Notes: a model not told the origin generated them from the sequence alone. Positions 36,666 through 46,678 are shown, counted from the stretch's first letter. The stretch: DNA of 64,000 nt from an uncultured delta proteobacterium (GCA_963816145.1 CAWFJP010000004.1:160001-224000); one strand, 5' to 3'. Numbers and translations are program-made.

Positions 36666-37969
36666 ATGAGAGCTATGCGGATTAGTCGCTTTTGTCCCTG
36701 TGCGCGAGTGTTGTCGAGCCAGGACGGATTCCTGTTGGTGGCGGCATTGGTGTTATTGGCGACGTTGACAATGCTTGGGACTACTGCCTATTTGCTCTCG
36801 TCGACGGACATAAAAGTCGGTGGAAGTTTCAAGACCTCGCAAGAAAGTTTAGCCGTAGCCCAGGCTGGTGCGGAGAGAGGTCGGGAAGTGTTGCGACAAA
36901 TCAATGGAAACCAAACCATCGCCGCCGACCCAACCACCTTTAATTCAGAACTTGTCTACTACCAAAATGTAGCCTTAACGAGTGGAACGATTGGCAGTTA
37001 TAGTTATACGGTCATGCTGAGTAATGATTTGCGGGATGCAGAGCCTACAGCCGATAGTAACAACAAAGTTTTGCTGACTTCCACGGCAACGGGACCGAAT
37101 AATACAAAGGCGATGGTGGAAATAGGCGTGTCTTTACCGCCACCACCGAGTGGATCACCGATAAACTTTCCGACCAACCCCGGCGCGATTACTTTGCTTG
37201 GGAACAGCGCCAGTTTTATCGGTGGTAACAGTAATGCGAAAACATTGAATGGCGACGATCAGTGTGGGGCGTCGCCACCTCTTCCGGTGGTCGCCGTCAG
37301 TGCGGCTGGCAGTTTGGCCGGTGTCAAAACTTCGATCACCGGTACCAAGCCGGCTACTTACCATACCAAAGTCAACGGCGTTAGTGTCGATGCGACTACG
37401 AATATCAACGATATCGCCAAATCCATAACGGCTGGGCAAATGACCAGTGCCGGTTACGATCTGAGCAGCGCGACTTCACAAACAGTCTGGTCGGCGCAAT
37501 CCAGGCCTTGCCTCAGGCTACGACCGTTGCGGGAGGTTCGTCGAGTTCCGGTATTGCCGGCGGTATTGGAACGGCGGCAAGTCAGAAGATTGTCGTTGTC
37601 GACGGCGACCTCACCTTGAGTGGAGGGGCAAGCGGATTTGGGATTTTGGTCGTCAAGGGTACGCTGACTTTTAGCGGCAATATCAACTACACCGGAATTA
37701 TCATGGTTGTCGGCGACGGTGTGATGGTACGGAATGGTGGTGGCAATGGTACGATTAGCGGCGCAGTCTGGGTCGCCAACACATCGGGGCCCGATGGTAA
37801 TCCCGGTACGGCCGACGATGCGATGGGCGCCGCGGTATTGAACACGTCGGGCGGCGGCGCTTCAAACATCCAGTATTGTTCGTCAGCGATTGCTAATGCA
37901 CTTTCCTTGACGGCGACACCACCAACATATGACCCGTTGCTTGTAAAATCATACCGGCAGGTCATGTAA
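36666..37969 (+). CDS. PilX-like minor pilin with long Gly-rich C-terminal domain (frameshift near 37480)
   Basis: GFLLVAAL (no E5), AQAGAE; second part VDGDLTLSG..G.GILVV.G.L, YCS. Confidence 0.75.
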
Positions 37970-38034
37970 TCGAAAATGGCGCCTCTCCTACGGTGATTGT
38001 CATCGGACAGTGGGGATTGTCCACGAGAGTGGGT

Positions 38035-38649
38035 TTAAGGATAGGCTGCTTTTAAATAGCGATCGATCGCTTTCCGGAGCGTCGTTAACGCAGCCAGCTC
38101 TTCCTTGTGGGCATCGGCCTGATTCAACTTCTGAACCTTACTTATGAAGGATTCTATATCAGCGTCTAGTGCGTGCACTTCATGTTTTGGCAAATCATTG
38201 AGGCTGCCAAAGCGTTTTTGTAACTCACCGTATTCGTTTAGTATCTCTTCATTTTTGGGCAGAGGCTCGCTGGTGGCAGATTCGGTTTTCTGGGAAACCG
38301 TTTGTCCTGCTTGTTTTTGATCTGTTAGAAGTTTCGACTCAACGGATGCGACACCGGTCGGTGTCTGCTGTCCGGCTGTCTTGGTCCTTTCAGCCTCGGT
38401 CGTATGAGTTGGCAGTGGCAGTATTCGATCGGATTGCTCGATCTTGTCCACGAACGATCTGTCAATGCCGAAAATCCCCCCGTAAGTATCGAACAAAATT
38501 TGGGCGCCCGCTTGCCAGTAACGATTTGTTATGTACTCGTTGCCATTTTTTAATTTAATCACATAAGCGGCGTTGGCGTTTCTTATAAAGCCCATGCAGG
38601 CCATCATTAGAAATCCGATAGCTGTTTTCTTCATCTTCATGGGTTCCAA
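38035..38649 (-). CDS. Secreted hypothetical protein
   Basis: Signal peptide (MKKTAIG...ANA-A), IKLKNG..Y..W N-terminal domain, helical C-terminus. Confidence 0.65.
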   Translation of the reverse strand: MEPMKMKKTAIGFLMMACMGFIRNANAAYVIKLKNGNEYITNRYWQAGAQILFDTYGGIFGIDRSFVDKIEQSDRILPLPTHTTEAERTKTAGQQTPTGVASVESKLLTDQKQAGQTVSQKTESATSEPLPKNEEILNEYGELQKRFGSLNDLPKHEVHALDADIESFISKVQKLNQADAHKEELAALTTLRKAIDRYLKAAYP

Positions 38650-39054
38650 CTGGATTGTTTTTGATTATACCATTTCTTGGCGTCGGCGGTATATTTTTTC
38701 GGCTTTGGTTGTCGTGGAAGGCACACCTAGGCCGCCTCGTTCCTGGACCCTGCATGACCATTACATAGCGTGGCGTTGCGGAACTTCCATCAAGTTAAAA
38801 AGCAAAAAAGAACAAGTGGTTAGCAAGACTCAGGCAGCTGATCAGGCAATATATAAGCGCTGCTGACAGAGGTTGACATCCGCGATACTGTCGTAGCAAC
38901 ATCAATCTTCCATATTAACAGCAACGCGAATATGTCAGGGTCATGAGTTGGGGTGCCGGCGCGGTGTTGACGAAAGCATGTTGCGCAGCGACATGGGGAT
39001 GCAGGGAAGTTTGAGTTTGTAGGCAGTGTCAGCTTGATAAGAGCGAAGATGGAT

Positions 39055-39086
39055 GAACAGACCGATCCTCTTGGCTCGGTCTGTTC
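39055..39086 (-). terminator. Hairpin downstream of tadG-like gene
   Basis: gaacagaccga-N10-tcggtctgttc 11-bp stem about 40 bp after the stop codon. Confidence 0.5.
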
Positions 39087-39127
39087 CCGGCAATCAGATT
39101 TGCGTAGATCGAAGGCGAGTGTTGCGG

Positions 39128-40684
39128 CTAGAGTGTCAGTCGGAGTTTCAAGATAGCCGCAATTTCATTGAAGATAACTTGGAGTTGTGCTTGGACATCG
39201 CCATTAAGATCAACGGTATATAATTTTCCCTTCTGGTGATTCGAATTAAATGCGGGTTTCCCGGCGCCAGTGAGATCACTATGCGGATCCTGATCGGGAG
39301 TGGTATAAACGGCGTTACAACCCCCTGACTGCTGGTCAGTACTGACATCCTCGATCACATCTTGGTCGTTGGTAATCGCTGCCAAGAGGCATCGCGCGTT
39401 GGCGTCGAGCCTGGCAGTAGCGTCGGCATTAGTCCCTGGCCCTATTGCGATGGCAAAAATGATGGCGTTTCTTCCTCCTAGTTCTTTGATCTGACGCGCC
39501 TCTTCCCTGGCAGCATTGCGAGCCGCCTGCATCTGGTGCAGATAGAGTGAATTGGGAGTTCCCGAGCCTGACGTAGTCTTGCCGCATCCATCGCTATTAT
39601 CGATCGTTGACGCACCGAAGTGCTTTTCGCAATTCGTGTTTAGGTTAAAACGATCCAATCCGTCTGATACCGCCGCGCTTGTGGAGTTACCTCTTTTGAC
39701 AAAAAAACAACCGTTGCCATCGCTCCACGGGGGGTTGCCAAGCGGACTGCCGGTAAGAGGATCGGTTTGGCATGCCGCGATGCTGTCAAGTCGGAGAGCG
39801 GTGGGTTGCCCGTCTGTAACCAAAAGGACTACTTTGCGTGTTGCAGTTCGTGCAGGGTCATTGAAAGCATTGGCGATCTGCGTCTTTCCTGTCCGGAGAC
39901 CTTCCATCGTGTTGGTCGTACCGCTCAGTCCTAGGCCATTGACGGCGGCCACAATATTACTAATCGTGCTTCCCATGACCTTGTCAGGCACGCAGACATT
40001 GCCCGTGAATTCGTTTGAACCGCCCGTGCCACACCCTCGTTTACCAAAGGCAGTCATTCCGAGTCGATCGTCCGCGGTAAAGTTTTCACCTAAAAAACCG
40101 CTCCCGGTACATCCCTGGCCTGTCAGGGCGCATTTCAAAGCGTTTAACTTCGTTCTTCCCGCGCCATCGGTTTCACCCATAGAGCCGGATCGATCAAGCA
40201 CCAACATGAGGTCAACCGGCCGTTCAGGACCAGCCTCGGCGCGAGCGACGACATTGATAGTTGAATAGTCTCCCGGCACGATCCAGCCGAGAAAGCGTAA
40301 AAACGTGGTGGACACCGGCTCAGTCGCGGTCACTCTCACCCCCTTTACCGGCGGTCCGCCGGAGACGGGAAGATCGAAGAATTCGACCTCGGCAGTCATT
40401 GGCGCGCCATTGGTTGTCGTGCAAGCGTTGCCGCTCATGACCACAGGCGCGCCGTTCATCGTCATCGAATCACAGGCGGCGCGGACCGCGTCGTTTATCA
40501 ATGCCGCCTGGCCTTTGACGACCTTGGCAGCGGCGAGAGACGCGGCATCGACGAGCCGGTTAATCCGTGCTTTTTCCAGATAGGATCGACCAAAATCAAG
40601 GGCAAACCCGATAAAGGTACCGAGTAATGCGAAGGAAACCGTGAACCATACAATGAACGAACCCCTTTGATTTAACTTGCGCAT
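39128..40684 (-). CDS. TadG-like pseudopilin with von Willebrand A domain
   Basis: QRGSF signal, ALDFGR...DAASLAAA Tad domain; MIDAS DRSGSM, TNT..GL, LVTDGQP, FAIAIG; many paired Cys. Confidence 0.85.
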   Translation of the reverse strand: MRKLNQRGSFIVWFTVSFALLGTFIGFALDFGRSYLEKARINRLVDAASLAAAKVVKGQAALINDAVRAACDSMTMNGAPVVMSGNACTTTNGAPMTAEVEFFDLPVSGGPPVKGVRVTATEPVSTTFLRFLGWIVPGDYSTINVVARAEAGPERPVDLMLVLDRSGSMGETDGAGRTKLNALKCALTGQGCTGSGFLGENFTADDRLGMTAFGKRGCGTGGSNEFTGNVCVPDKVMGSTISNIVAAVNGLGLSGTTNTMEGLRTGKTQIANAFNDPARTATRKVVLLVTDGQPTALRLDSIAACQTDPLTGSPLGNPPWSDGNGCFFVKRGNSTSAAVSDGLDRFNLNTNCEKHFGASTIDNSDGCGKTTSGSGTPNSLYLHQMQAARNAAREEARQIKELGGRNAIIFAIAIGPGTNADATARLDANARCLLAAITNDQDVIEDVSTDQQSGGCNAVYTTPDQDPHSDLTGAGKPAFNSNHQKGKLYTVDLNGDVQAQLQVIFNEIAAILKLRLTL

Positions 40685-40701
40685 TTTAGGGTCTCCCGCG
40701 T

Positions 40702-41307
40702 TTAATTCGCGCTAACATTCGTAAAGATCGTTCGATCATATAAGTCTGTATTTATACCTTTGCCGACGAAGGTGATTATATTCGGAGCATAGTTGTAAAA
40801 AACCTCCAATACATGGAAAGTTTGGCCATCTTTCACATTCTGGATGCCTGGCAGGATACTCTGAGATATCGGAGTTCCGTTGGGTGGATTGGGTAGACCC
40901 AGTTTGCTCTGTTTATTGAGGTTTCCCCTGGTAACTTGACCACCCGCCTTAGTGTCCACGATATAATTGCAAGGGTCGGGTGGGCATGGAATATTGTTTC
41001 GAACCACTTTGGTGTAAATAACTCTCCACTGCGCCTGATTGGCCGTAGTAAGCGTTGGCGCCGCGGCTTTGATGATGGCGTCGAGTATATCGTTGTCGGG
41101 GCCGGTCTTATCGATAGGAAGCTTTCCACCCCGGGAGGCGAGGTTGGCGCCTTCTCGGGTCGTGTGAGTTAGAGTCAAATAGGTACTAATTACCGATCCA
41201 ACTTCAACAGCGCCATAGGTCAACATTACCAACAAAGGCGCGATTAGCGCGATCTCGATAAGCGCCTGCCCTTTATTCGAGCCTAGGATTGTGCGTAACG
41301 ATCTCAC
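40702..41307 (-). CDS. TadE/TadF-like pseudopilin
   Basis: KGQALIE.ALIAPLL, TREGA. Confidence 0.82.
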   Translation of the reverse strand: MRSLRTILGSNKGQALIEIALIAPLLVMLTYGAVEVGSVISTYLTLTHTTREGANLASRGGKLPIDKTGPDNDILDAIIKAAAPTLTTANQAQWRVIYTKVVRNNIPCPPDPCNYIVDTKAGGQVTRGNLNKQSKLGLPNPPNGTPISQSILPGIQNVKDGQTFHVLEVFYNYAPNIITFVGKGINTDLYDRTIFTNVSAN

Positions 41308-41318
41308 AATAAGAACTC

Positions 41319-41819
41319 CTAACTTGTCGGATAGGGTTCGTTTTTCCAGGTGGTGCTCAATTGCAACGGCACCCCACCCGAGGGGAAATATCGCGAAAAA
41401 AACGGCATGAGCGTCGGTTTTGATAACTTAACCGTGACCAGTACGGTTTGCTCCGATCCCCCGCCCGGCGCCGTACAAGTCCCATCAAGACAGGTAAACG
41501 TAAAATTGGGGCCGAGAGGGGGACACTGGACCCCGGCGGCGATCACATTGGCGCAGAATACGTCATGAATCACTTGATCACGGGGAAGCGGATCTCCTTG
41601 CTTGTTCATTTCGGTTCTACCCGTAATCATATATCGGCCCGCCGTGCGTAGCGCATGTTGCAAAGTGACCTTGGCATAGAGAAGATGAGAAAATTCCACG
41701 ATCGCCATGAAAAGAGCGAAAAATATCAAGAAGCTAAATGTGAATTCGACAAGCGCTTGGCCCGTTCGGCAATCCAGGGGTTTCATTAATCTGAATATCA
41801 GCGATCGAACTTCGGCCAT
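41319..41819 (-). CDS. TadE-like pseudopilin
   Basis: GQALVEF, HALRTAGRY, C-terminal KNEPY; GGAGG RBS before ATG 41819. Confidence 0.82.
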   Translation of the reverse strand: MAEVRSLIFRLMKPLDCRTGQALVEFTFSFLIFFALFMAIVEFSHLLYAKVTLQHALRTAGRYMITGRTEMNKQGDPLPRDQVIHDVFCANVIAAGVQCPPLGPNFTFTCLDGTCTAPGGGSEQTVLVTVKLSKPTLMPFFSRYFPSGGVPLQLSTTWKNEPYPTS

Positions 41820-41893
41820 CGATCCTCCACTAATTGGCATGCAAAAGGACATTGCGAAATCCAGAGTGTACAAAATCTAGACAATTTTTTATA

Positions 41894-41909
41894 TGCAATA
41901 TCCAAACCA
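41894..41909 (-). promoter_or_regulatory. Putative sigma54 promoter of tad cassette
   Basis: Minus strand TGGTTTGGATATTGCA (GG-N10-GC), ~75 bp upstream of tadE. Confidence 0.55.
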
Positions 41910-42145
41910 TTATAATGGTCGCCTTAGGCGTCCATCAAGTCCTTAATTATTGAAAAAACCCGCGCAAGCCAACGACATTGATGACGAGACTGACAAGGGC
42001 ATGGGACAAATATGTCAGCGGAAGTTTTATCAATCCGGGTGCTCAGTGGGCATCGTTCTCAGGCATTTCGCCGGAAATATTCCGCTTCGGATTGTCTCGT
42101 AACAGAATTCTCCACGAATATACATTTTTATCCGCGTCTTTCTGA

Positions 42146-42161
42146 TGGCCCGTTCCTTGCT
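42146..42161 (+). promoter_or_regulatory. Putative sigma54 promoter
   Basis: TGGCCCGTTCCTTGCT (GG-N10-GC), ~65 bp upstream of ATG 42228. Confidence 0.55.
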
Positions 42162-42227
42162 CACACGATTAGACAAGCGGGGCCAAAACTAACGGAGCGA
42201 AAACTTTTGGAAAGAAACGGAAAACTC

Positions 42228-42452
42228 ATGAATGGGTCCTCTTGTTGCGCAAAGTGGATTCTCGTCTTATTAGTTGTCAACACAATGGCGTTTGTTGAAG
42301 GCTTTTGCCTTGCGTCTCTAGGCCGCGGCATAGTGACTGTGGGGCTCACAATAACAAGCGTGTTAGCCGTCGTTGCGATGAGTCGCTTGGGGCTCTTAAA
42401 TACAACTAGCGGCGGCAAAAACGCCCTCGCGGGTGAAGAACCTCAGCATTAA
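42228..42452 (+). CDS. Small two-TM hypothetical protein
   Basis: 74 aa with two hydrophobic stretches, downstream of a sigma54-like site; no family recognised. Confidence 0.4.
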   Translation: MNGSSCCAKWILVLLVVNTMAFVEGFCLASLGRGIVTVGLTITSVLAVVAMSRLGLLNTTSGGKNALAGEEPQH

Positions 42453-42769
42453 CGGAAAATTTCCGATGATTTCAGCCCATGATCCGTCCGTCTCTGGGTT
42501 TATCGAAAGACGAGCGACATCGTTAGATCATCGTGTGCTCGGGAAATCACGATCTGAAATCGAATCTGTGTAATTCCCCCGTGTTACTGAGACCGGGGGG
42601 ATTACATTTAAAAGTCCGTGCGGGCCTAATTTTACCCACTCTGCATGATTAGAAGGAATATTTCGGCCAATAATCGGGCGGTGCAACTTTAAATATTACG
42701 TTTTTTCATTCACCGTCGATTTGCAGTGAGGGCTAAGTGCTCCTCCCAGTACCCCTATCTGGATATCCG

Positions 42770-43208
42770 CGGGAAGCCATCGACCTGGAGCATCATCCCC
42801 TCAGCGGTTCGTATTTCTCAGCGGCTTCGGTGTTTGATGCCGCGCTGCTTCTTGGGGGGGGATCTCGGCACGAAGAATACGGCGGACTTTCTCCAGACTG
42901 AGTGAGATCTGTTCTTGTTCTTTGAGCTGCTCGGTTAGATGGAGATCGTTGAAGCCTTGGTATTTACCTCGGGCTAATTCCAAGACCCGTTTAACCGTCC
43001 TTTTCTTGAGTTTTCGTTTACACGGTAGTCCGTGGTTACCGTGAACCACGCCCTTGGCTCCCGCCTTGTTCACCCGCGCTTTGATCCGGTAACACTCTCG
43101 TTCGCTTAGTCCCATCACCAGTGCGGCTTGTCCCACGGTCAGCTCACAGCGATAAACCCGTTGGATTACGTCTAGTCTTTTCTCCTCTTTCATCGTCAGG
43201 GTTGTCAT
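42770..43208 (-). pseudogene. Truncated ISNCY/IS1202-family transposase
   Basis: MKEEKRLDVI..LTVGQAA..GLSER..YRIK...GAKGVVHGN, Y.GFN..HLTE.L; frameshifted continuation GMMLQVDG (first catalytic D), after which homology stops. Confidence 0.85.
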
Positions 43209-43336
43209 CCTTCCACCCTGACATAATTACGTTGCATAAGACCCTGTCAGATTCACTTTGCTACAACAATTGACATCCGCGATACTTGACAGCCTTTCTG
43301 GTTCGGCAGTATGGTGCGCCAGTCTTGGAGGGGGTC

Positions 43337-43786
43337 ATGATTTTTGGCAATCATGAGGAAGGCTTCTCTGCGATTGAGCTGGCCGTTGTGCTAGTTCTCA
43401 CCGGTCTACTCGCGGCCATCGCTTTGCCGCGTTGGCGAGGGCTGGTTCAAAGTTTCGAACTCAACAACTCGGCTCGGCAAATCCAATCCGAACTGCACAA
43501 TCTCAAGTCCCGCGCCGCTGCTGAGAACGTCAGCTTCCAAATGGCTTATAGCCAGGGGGCGACCGGTTATACGATTCAGCGCGATAACGTTGCGGTGGCC
43601 ACCAAACCATTGGCAGAGGGTACAACCATAACCAAGGCGGGCCGGATCACTTTCTGGCCTAGAGGCACTGCGGTGGCTAATCGGGTGCGCTTGCTCGATG
43701 CCCAAGGGGTTTGTCGGCAGATTGTCGTGAGCCCGACGGGTCGAGTGCGCTGGTGCACACCAAGCAATTGCGCAGGAGATTGCTGA
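43337..43786 (+). CDS. FimT/FimU-like minor pilin (set 2)
   Basis: GFSAIEL, F.PRG, VSPTGRVR; GGAGG RBS; TTGACA-N18-TATGGT promoter at 43286-43315. Confidence 0.8.
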   Translation: MIFGNHEEGFSAIELAVVLVLTGLLAAIALPRWRGLVQSFELNNSARQIQSELHNLKSRAAAENVSFQMAYSQGATGYTIQRDNVAVATKPLAEGTTITKAGRITFWPRGTAVANRVRLLDAQGVCRQIVVSPTGRVRWCTPSNCAGDC

Positions 43787-43787
43787 G

Positions 43788-44201
43788 ATGCTCCGCTTAC
43801 GCAGTGGTCGCAAGTTTAATCAACGCGGTTACACCTTTAACGAACTCTTAGTCGCGATGGCTATTGGTGTGGCGTTCGTGATGAGTGCGGCGTTGAACAC
43901 GGCGTCGATGTTTCGCCAGCAGGCAGTAAATAGCAACGCGACGATCGCCTTGCAACTGGCTCAGGACAAACTTGAAGAGCTGCACGCGCGGCGTAAGCCC
44001 GCTGATGAGAACCGTTGCCCTGGTGGTGGTGATGTCGGGCTTTCTGCCAGTGGCGCTACGGGCGGTCGGTTCGACCGCTGTTGGCGGATCCAATCATCAC
44101 CCCTCGGCGCGAATCTCAAACAAGTCGACGTCACGGTGACTTGGCTCGATCTACAACCTAGTGAAGTGACGCTATCGGCGTTGATTTTCGTGGGGTCGTG
44201 A
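43788..44201 (+). CDS. PilV-like minor pilin (set 2)
   Basis: GYTFNELLVA, LAQDKLEEL, KQVDVTVTW. Confidence 0.8.
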   Translation: MLRLRSGRKFNQRGYTFNELLVAMAIGVAFVMSAALNTASMFRQQAVNSNATIALQLAQDKLEELHARRKPADENRCPGGGDVGLSASGATGGRFDRCWRIQSSPLGANLKQVDVTVTWLDLQPSEVTLSALIFVGS

Positions 44202-44845
44202 TGGCGAAATTGCTCGAAGCTCACGGCATGACCCTGATCGAACAGGTGATCGCCCTGGGATTGGGCGCGCTGATGATGACCGTACTGTTCGGCTACTTCC
44301 GTTCAGAAATTTTTCATTTGCGGTCGCTTGAAACTCGGACGACGACGATGGAAGACGCGCGTGGGGCGCTGGATATCATGATTCGTGATCTAAAGAACGC
44401 CGGCTCCTGGGGCACCGGGAGCGCGCCGGCGGAAACTGGTAGCATGGACGATCCTGACGGCGATGCCGATTCTCTTTGCAACCGGGTTTACTTGGCGACG
44501 GCAAACCGGCTTCATGTGCAAATGGACCTCAATGGAAATGGCAACTGCGCCGATCTCGATCCGAGAGAAAACATTCGCTACGAATTGACCGGTCCAACTG
44601 CCTCCTGCCCCGGCTCAACGATTATTCGGCGCAACGGTGATTGCCTGGTGGCAAACGTCGTCGCCGGGCCGGCGGTATTGTTTACTTATTACGACGGCGC
44701 GGGCAACGCTCTTGGCGCGACGCCGAACCTGTCCACTATTCGCCGCGTGCGCATCGCATTTTCCGTGCAGGTGAAAAATCCAGATTCTAGAGTCGGCGAT
44801 AACCTGACCACGTTGCTGTCGAGCAGTGTAGAATTTCGCAATTAG
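44198..44845 (+). CDS. PilW-like minor pilin (set 2)
   Basis: GMTLIEQ, ARGALDIMIRDLKNAG, C-terminal V.FRN. Confidence 0.8.
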   Translation: MMAKLLEAHGMTLIEQVIALGLGALMMTVLFGYFRSEIFHLRSLETRTTTMEDARGALDIMIRDLKNAGSWGTGSAPAETGSMDDPDGDADSLCNRVYLATANRLHVQMDLNGNGNCADLDPRENIRYELTGPTASCPGSTIIRRNGDCLVANVVAGPAVLFTYYDGAGNALGATPNLSTIRRVRIAFSVQVKNPDSRVGDNLTTLLSSSVEFRN

Positions 44846-44854
44846 CTAAGATCT

Positions 44855-46024
44855 ATGAAACGCTTGCGCAACCTGATTTTCGGCCAGAGCGGTATCGTGC
44901 TTGCTGGGTCTCTGATGATCCTCTGCGCGCTGGCCGTCGCCGGCTTGGCCGCACGGCTGATGCTGCAAAACGATCACCGTACCGCAGCAAATCTACGCCA
45001 TGGTTCGCAAGCGTTTTACCTGGCGGCTTCCGGCATCGAATGGGGTAAGAGCGAGTTACTATCTTTCACCGGGCTAACGCCGGCACCCGCTGACCGGTCT
45101 GTGAATTTCAGTAATGGAAGATTTTCGGTCTTCTTCGTATCGGCGTTGAGCGTTGGCCCGCTGTCAGCACAGTTTGTCGTGCGATCTTTGGGGGTCTTAA
45201 ACAGCGATTCGCATGTGCTCCAGTCGGGGTTAACCAAGAGTTACGATCTCAGCGATAGCGCACTCGGCCTGCGCGGCAATATCCAGGCGGTCAATTTTGG
45301 CGCCACGGTTGTTACCATTTCCGGGGTCGATCATGACCCTGTTAGCGGTCAGCCCACCGGTGTCACCACCGTACTTCCGGCAGTTTCGACGGATTCTCCG
45401 TCGATGTACGATCTGGTGCGTGCACAGACAGCGAGCTTGCCCGTGGGCAGTCTGCAAAGCGATTCGGGCGCTCCGGCGGTGGCGCCGAGCAGTCACCTTA
45501 CCTCGGCCACACTTAGTCAGCTCGCCGACCAACTTTGCGCCGCTCAGGGAGCCGTTACCCTTACCATACCAAGTTCTGGTACGCTCACTTTGGCAAGCCA
45601 GAGTTGGGGAACGCCGGCAACGCCGCAACTTCGCTGCATCGATGGACTGTCCGTTACGGGGGATGGCGTGACATTGTCCGGCGATTCCACCGGTGCCGGG
45701 ATCCTCATCGTCAGAAATGCAGATCTGCTCTTGAACGGGGTGTTTCGCTGGGAAGGTTTGATCATCGTCACTGGCAGTGATGTGGGTGTCAAAGCGGGAG
45801 CGTCGAGCAGTACGAATATATTCGGATCGATTATACTCAACGAGACCGGCAACCCGGCACTTGGAGCGGCTAACCTGGACCTTCAGGGCAGTTTTCGGTC
45901 AATCTTTAGTCGCTCGGCGCTAAACCGTGCCGCTGGCGTGATTCCTATCAGCGAGCTTGGTGCGGTTTACGCTAGCCTACCGGCTTCGATTAGGCAGGAT
46001 TATTGGCGATCGGTGAGTCCGTGA
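44855..46024 (+). CDS. PilX-like minor pilin (set 2)
   Basis: SGIVL (no E5), AFYLAASGIE, G.GILIV...L.....WEGLIIV.G. Confidence 0.78.
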   Translation: MKRLRNLIFGQSGIVLAGSLMILCALAVAGLAARLMLQNDHRTAANLRHGSQAFYLAASGIEWGKSELLSFTGLTPAPADRSVNFSNGRFSVFFVSALSVGPLSAQFVVRSLGVLNSDSHVLQSGLTKSYDLSDSALGLRGNIQAVNFGATVVTISGVDHDPVSGQPTGVTTVLPAVSTDSPSMYDLVRAQTASLPVGSLQSDSGAPAVAPSSHLTSATLSQLADQLCAAQGAVTLTIPSSGTLTLASQSWGTPATPQLRCIDGLSVTGDGVTLSGDSTGAGILIVRNADLLLNGVFRWEGLIIVTGSDVGVKAGASSSTNIFGSIILNETGNPALGAANLDLQGSFRSIFSRSALNRAAGVIPISELGAVYASLPASIRQDYWRSVSP

Positions 46025-46213
46025 AAGTCGCAATGAGTTTAATTTACATTACCGGCGTAAGGTGCTAAATTACCGTTCTATAAGGGTTTGAGTGCGATTC
46101 ATGGGTCAATGGATGGGCGCGTCGACGGGCCCAAAGATTTTTCTGAAATCCTCAGCCCAATCGTGTAAAATAACCGAATCGATTCTACGGTGGCGGTGTA
46201 ACAGGGAGAGCGC

Positions 46214-46606
46214 ATGGATACCAAAAAGACCATAATGGTGGTTGACGATAATCCGGATATCATCACAATCGTCAAAACCATTTTGGAAGGCAGGGGGTTT
46301 ACCGTTTTCAACGCCTCGAGCGGCCTCGAGTTGCTGAACATGCTGCCGAATCAAAAGCCCGATCTGATCATTCTCGACATCATGATGCCGGAGATGGACG
46401 GGCTTGAGGTGCTAACTCGGCTTAAGGGCAAGACCGAGACCTCGACGATTCCGGTAATACTCCTGACCGCCAAGGTGCAATACGAAGACGTTCTCGGCGG
46501 GTACAAGTTGGGGGCGGACTACTACATCACCAAGCCATTTACCAGCACTCAACTGGTCAATGGCATTAATTTGCTCCTCGGCGAAGGTAAAGCCGTCGCC
46601 AGCTAA
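46214..46606 (+). CDS. Single-domain response regulator
   Basis: VVDD, ILDIMMPEMDG, LLTAK, YITKPF. Confidence 0.92.
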   Translation: MDTKKTIMVVDDNPDIITIVKTILEGRGFTVFNASSGLELLNMLPNQKPDLIILDIMMPEMDGLEVLTRLKGKTETSTIPVILLTAKVQYEDVLGGYKLGADYYITKPFTSTQLVNGINLLLGEGKAVAS

Positions 46607-46638
46607 TTCATACTGCTAGTTATTTTTCGGTTCCCCGG

Positions 46639-46678
46639 CCCAGACAAGAGCGCGATTTGCATCTTGTCTGGGTTTTCT
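46639..46678 (+). terminator. Intrinsic terminator
   Basis: cccagacaaga...tcttgtctggg followed by ttttctt. Confidence 0.6.

Larger units (their letters stand above)
38889..43268 (-). mobile_element. IS1202/ISNCY-type non-autonomous element (4380 bp) carrying Tad pseudopilin cargo
   Basis: Ends TGTCGTAGCAA...GCAACGCGAATATGTCAGGG (38889-38940) and, reverse-complemented, TGTTGTAGCAA...GCAACGTAATTATGTCAGGG (43268-43216); flanking direct repeats gTTGACATCCGCGATAC (38872-38888) and aTTGACATCCGCGATAC (43269-43285); transposase 5' fragment next to the right end. Confidence 0.85.

Noticed and set aside
38872-38888. Insertion target as a dif/xrs (XerCD) site, as for the ISAba32 subgroup
   Set aside because: No XerC/XerD-box consensus is adjacent, and the 17-bp duplication does not fit that subgroup's short TSD.
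42569-42606. Inverted repeat tgtaattccccc...ggggggattaca as a second IS end
   Set aside because: It is a short self-contained hairpin that does not match the element's IRs; probably a terminator or operator.
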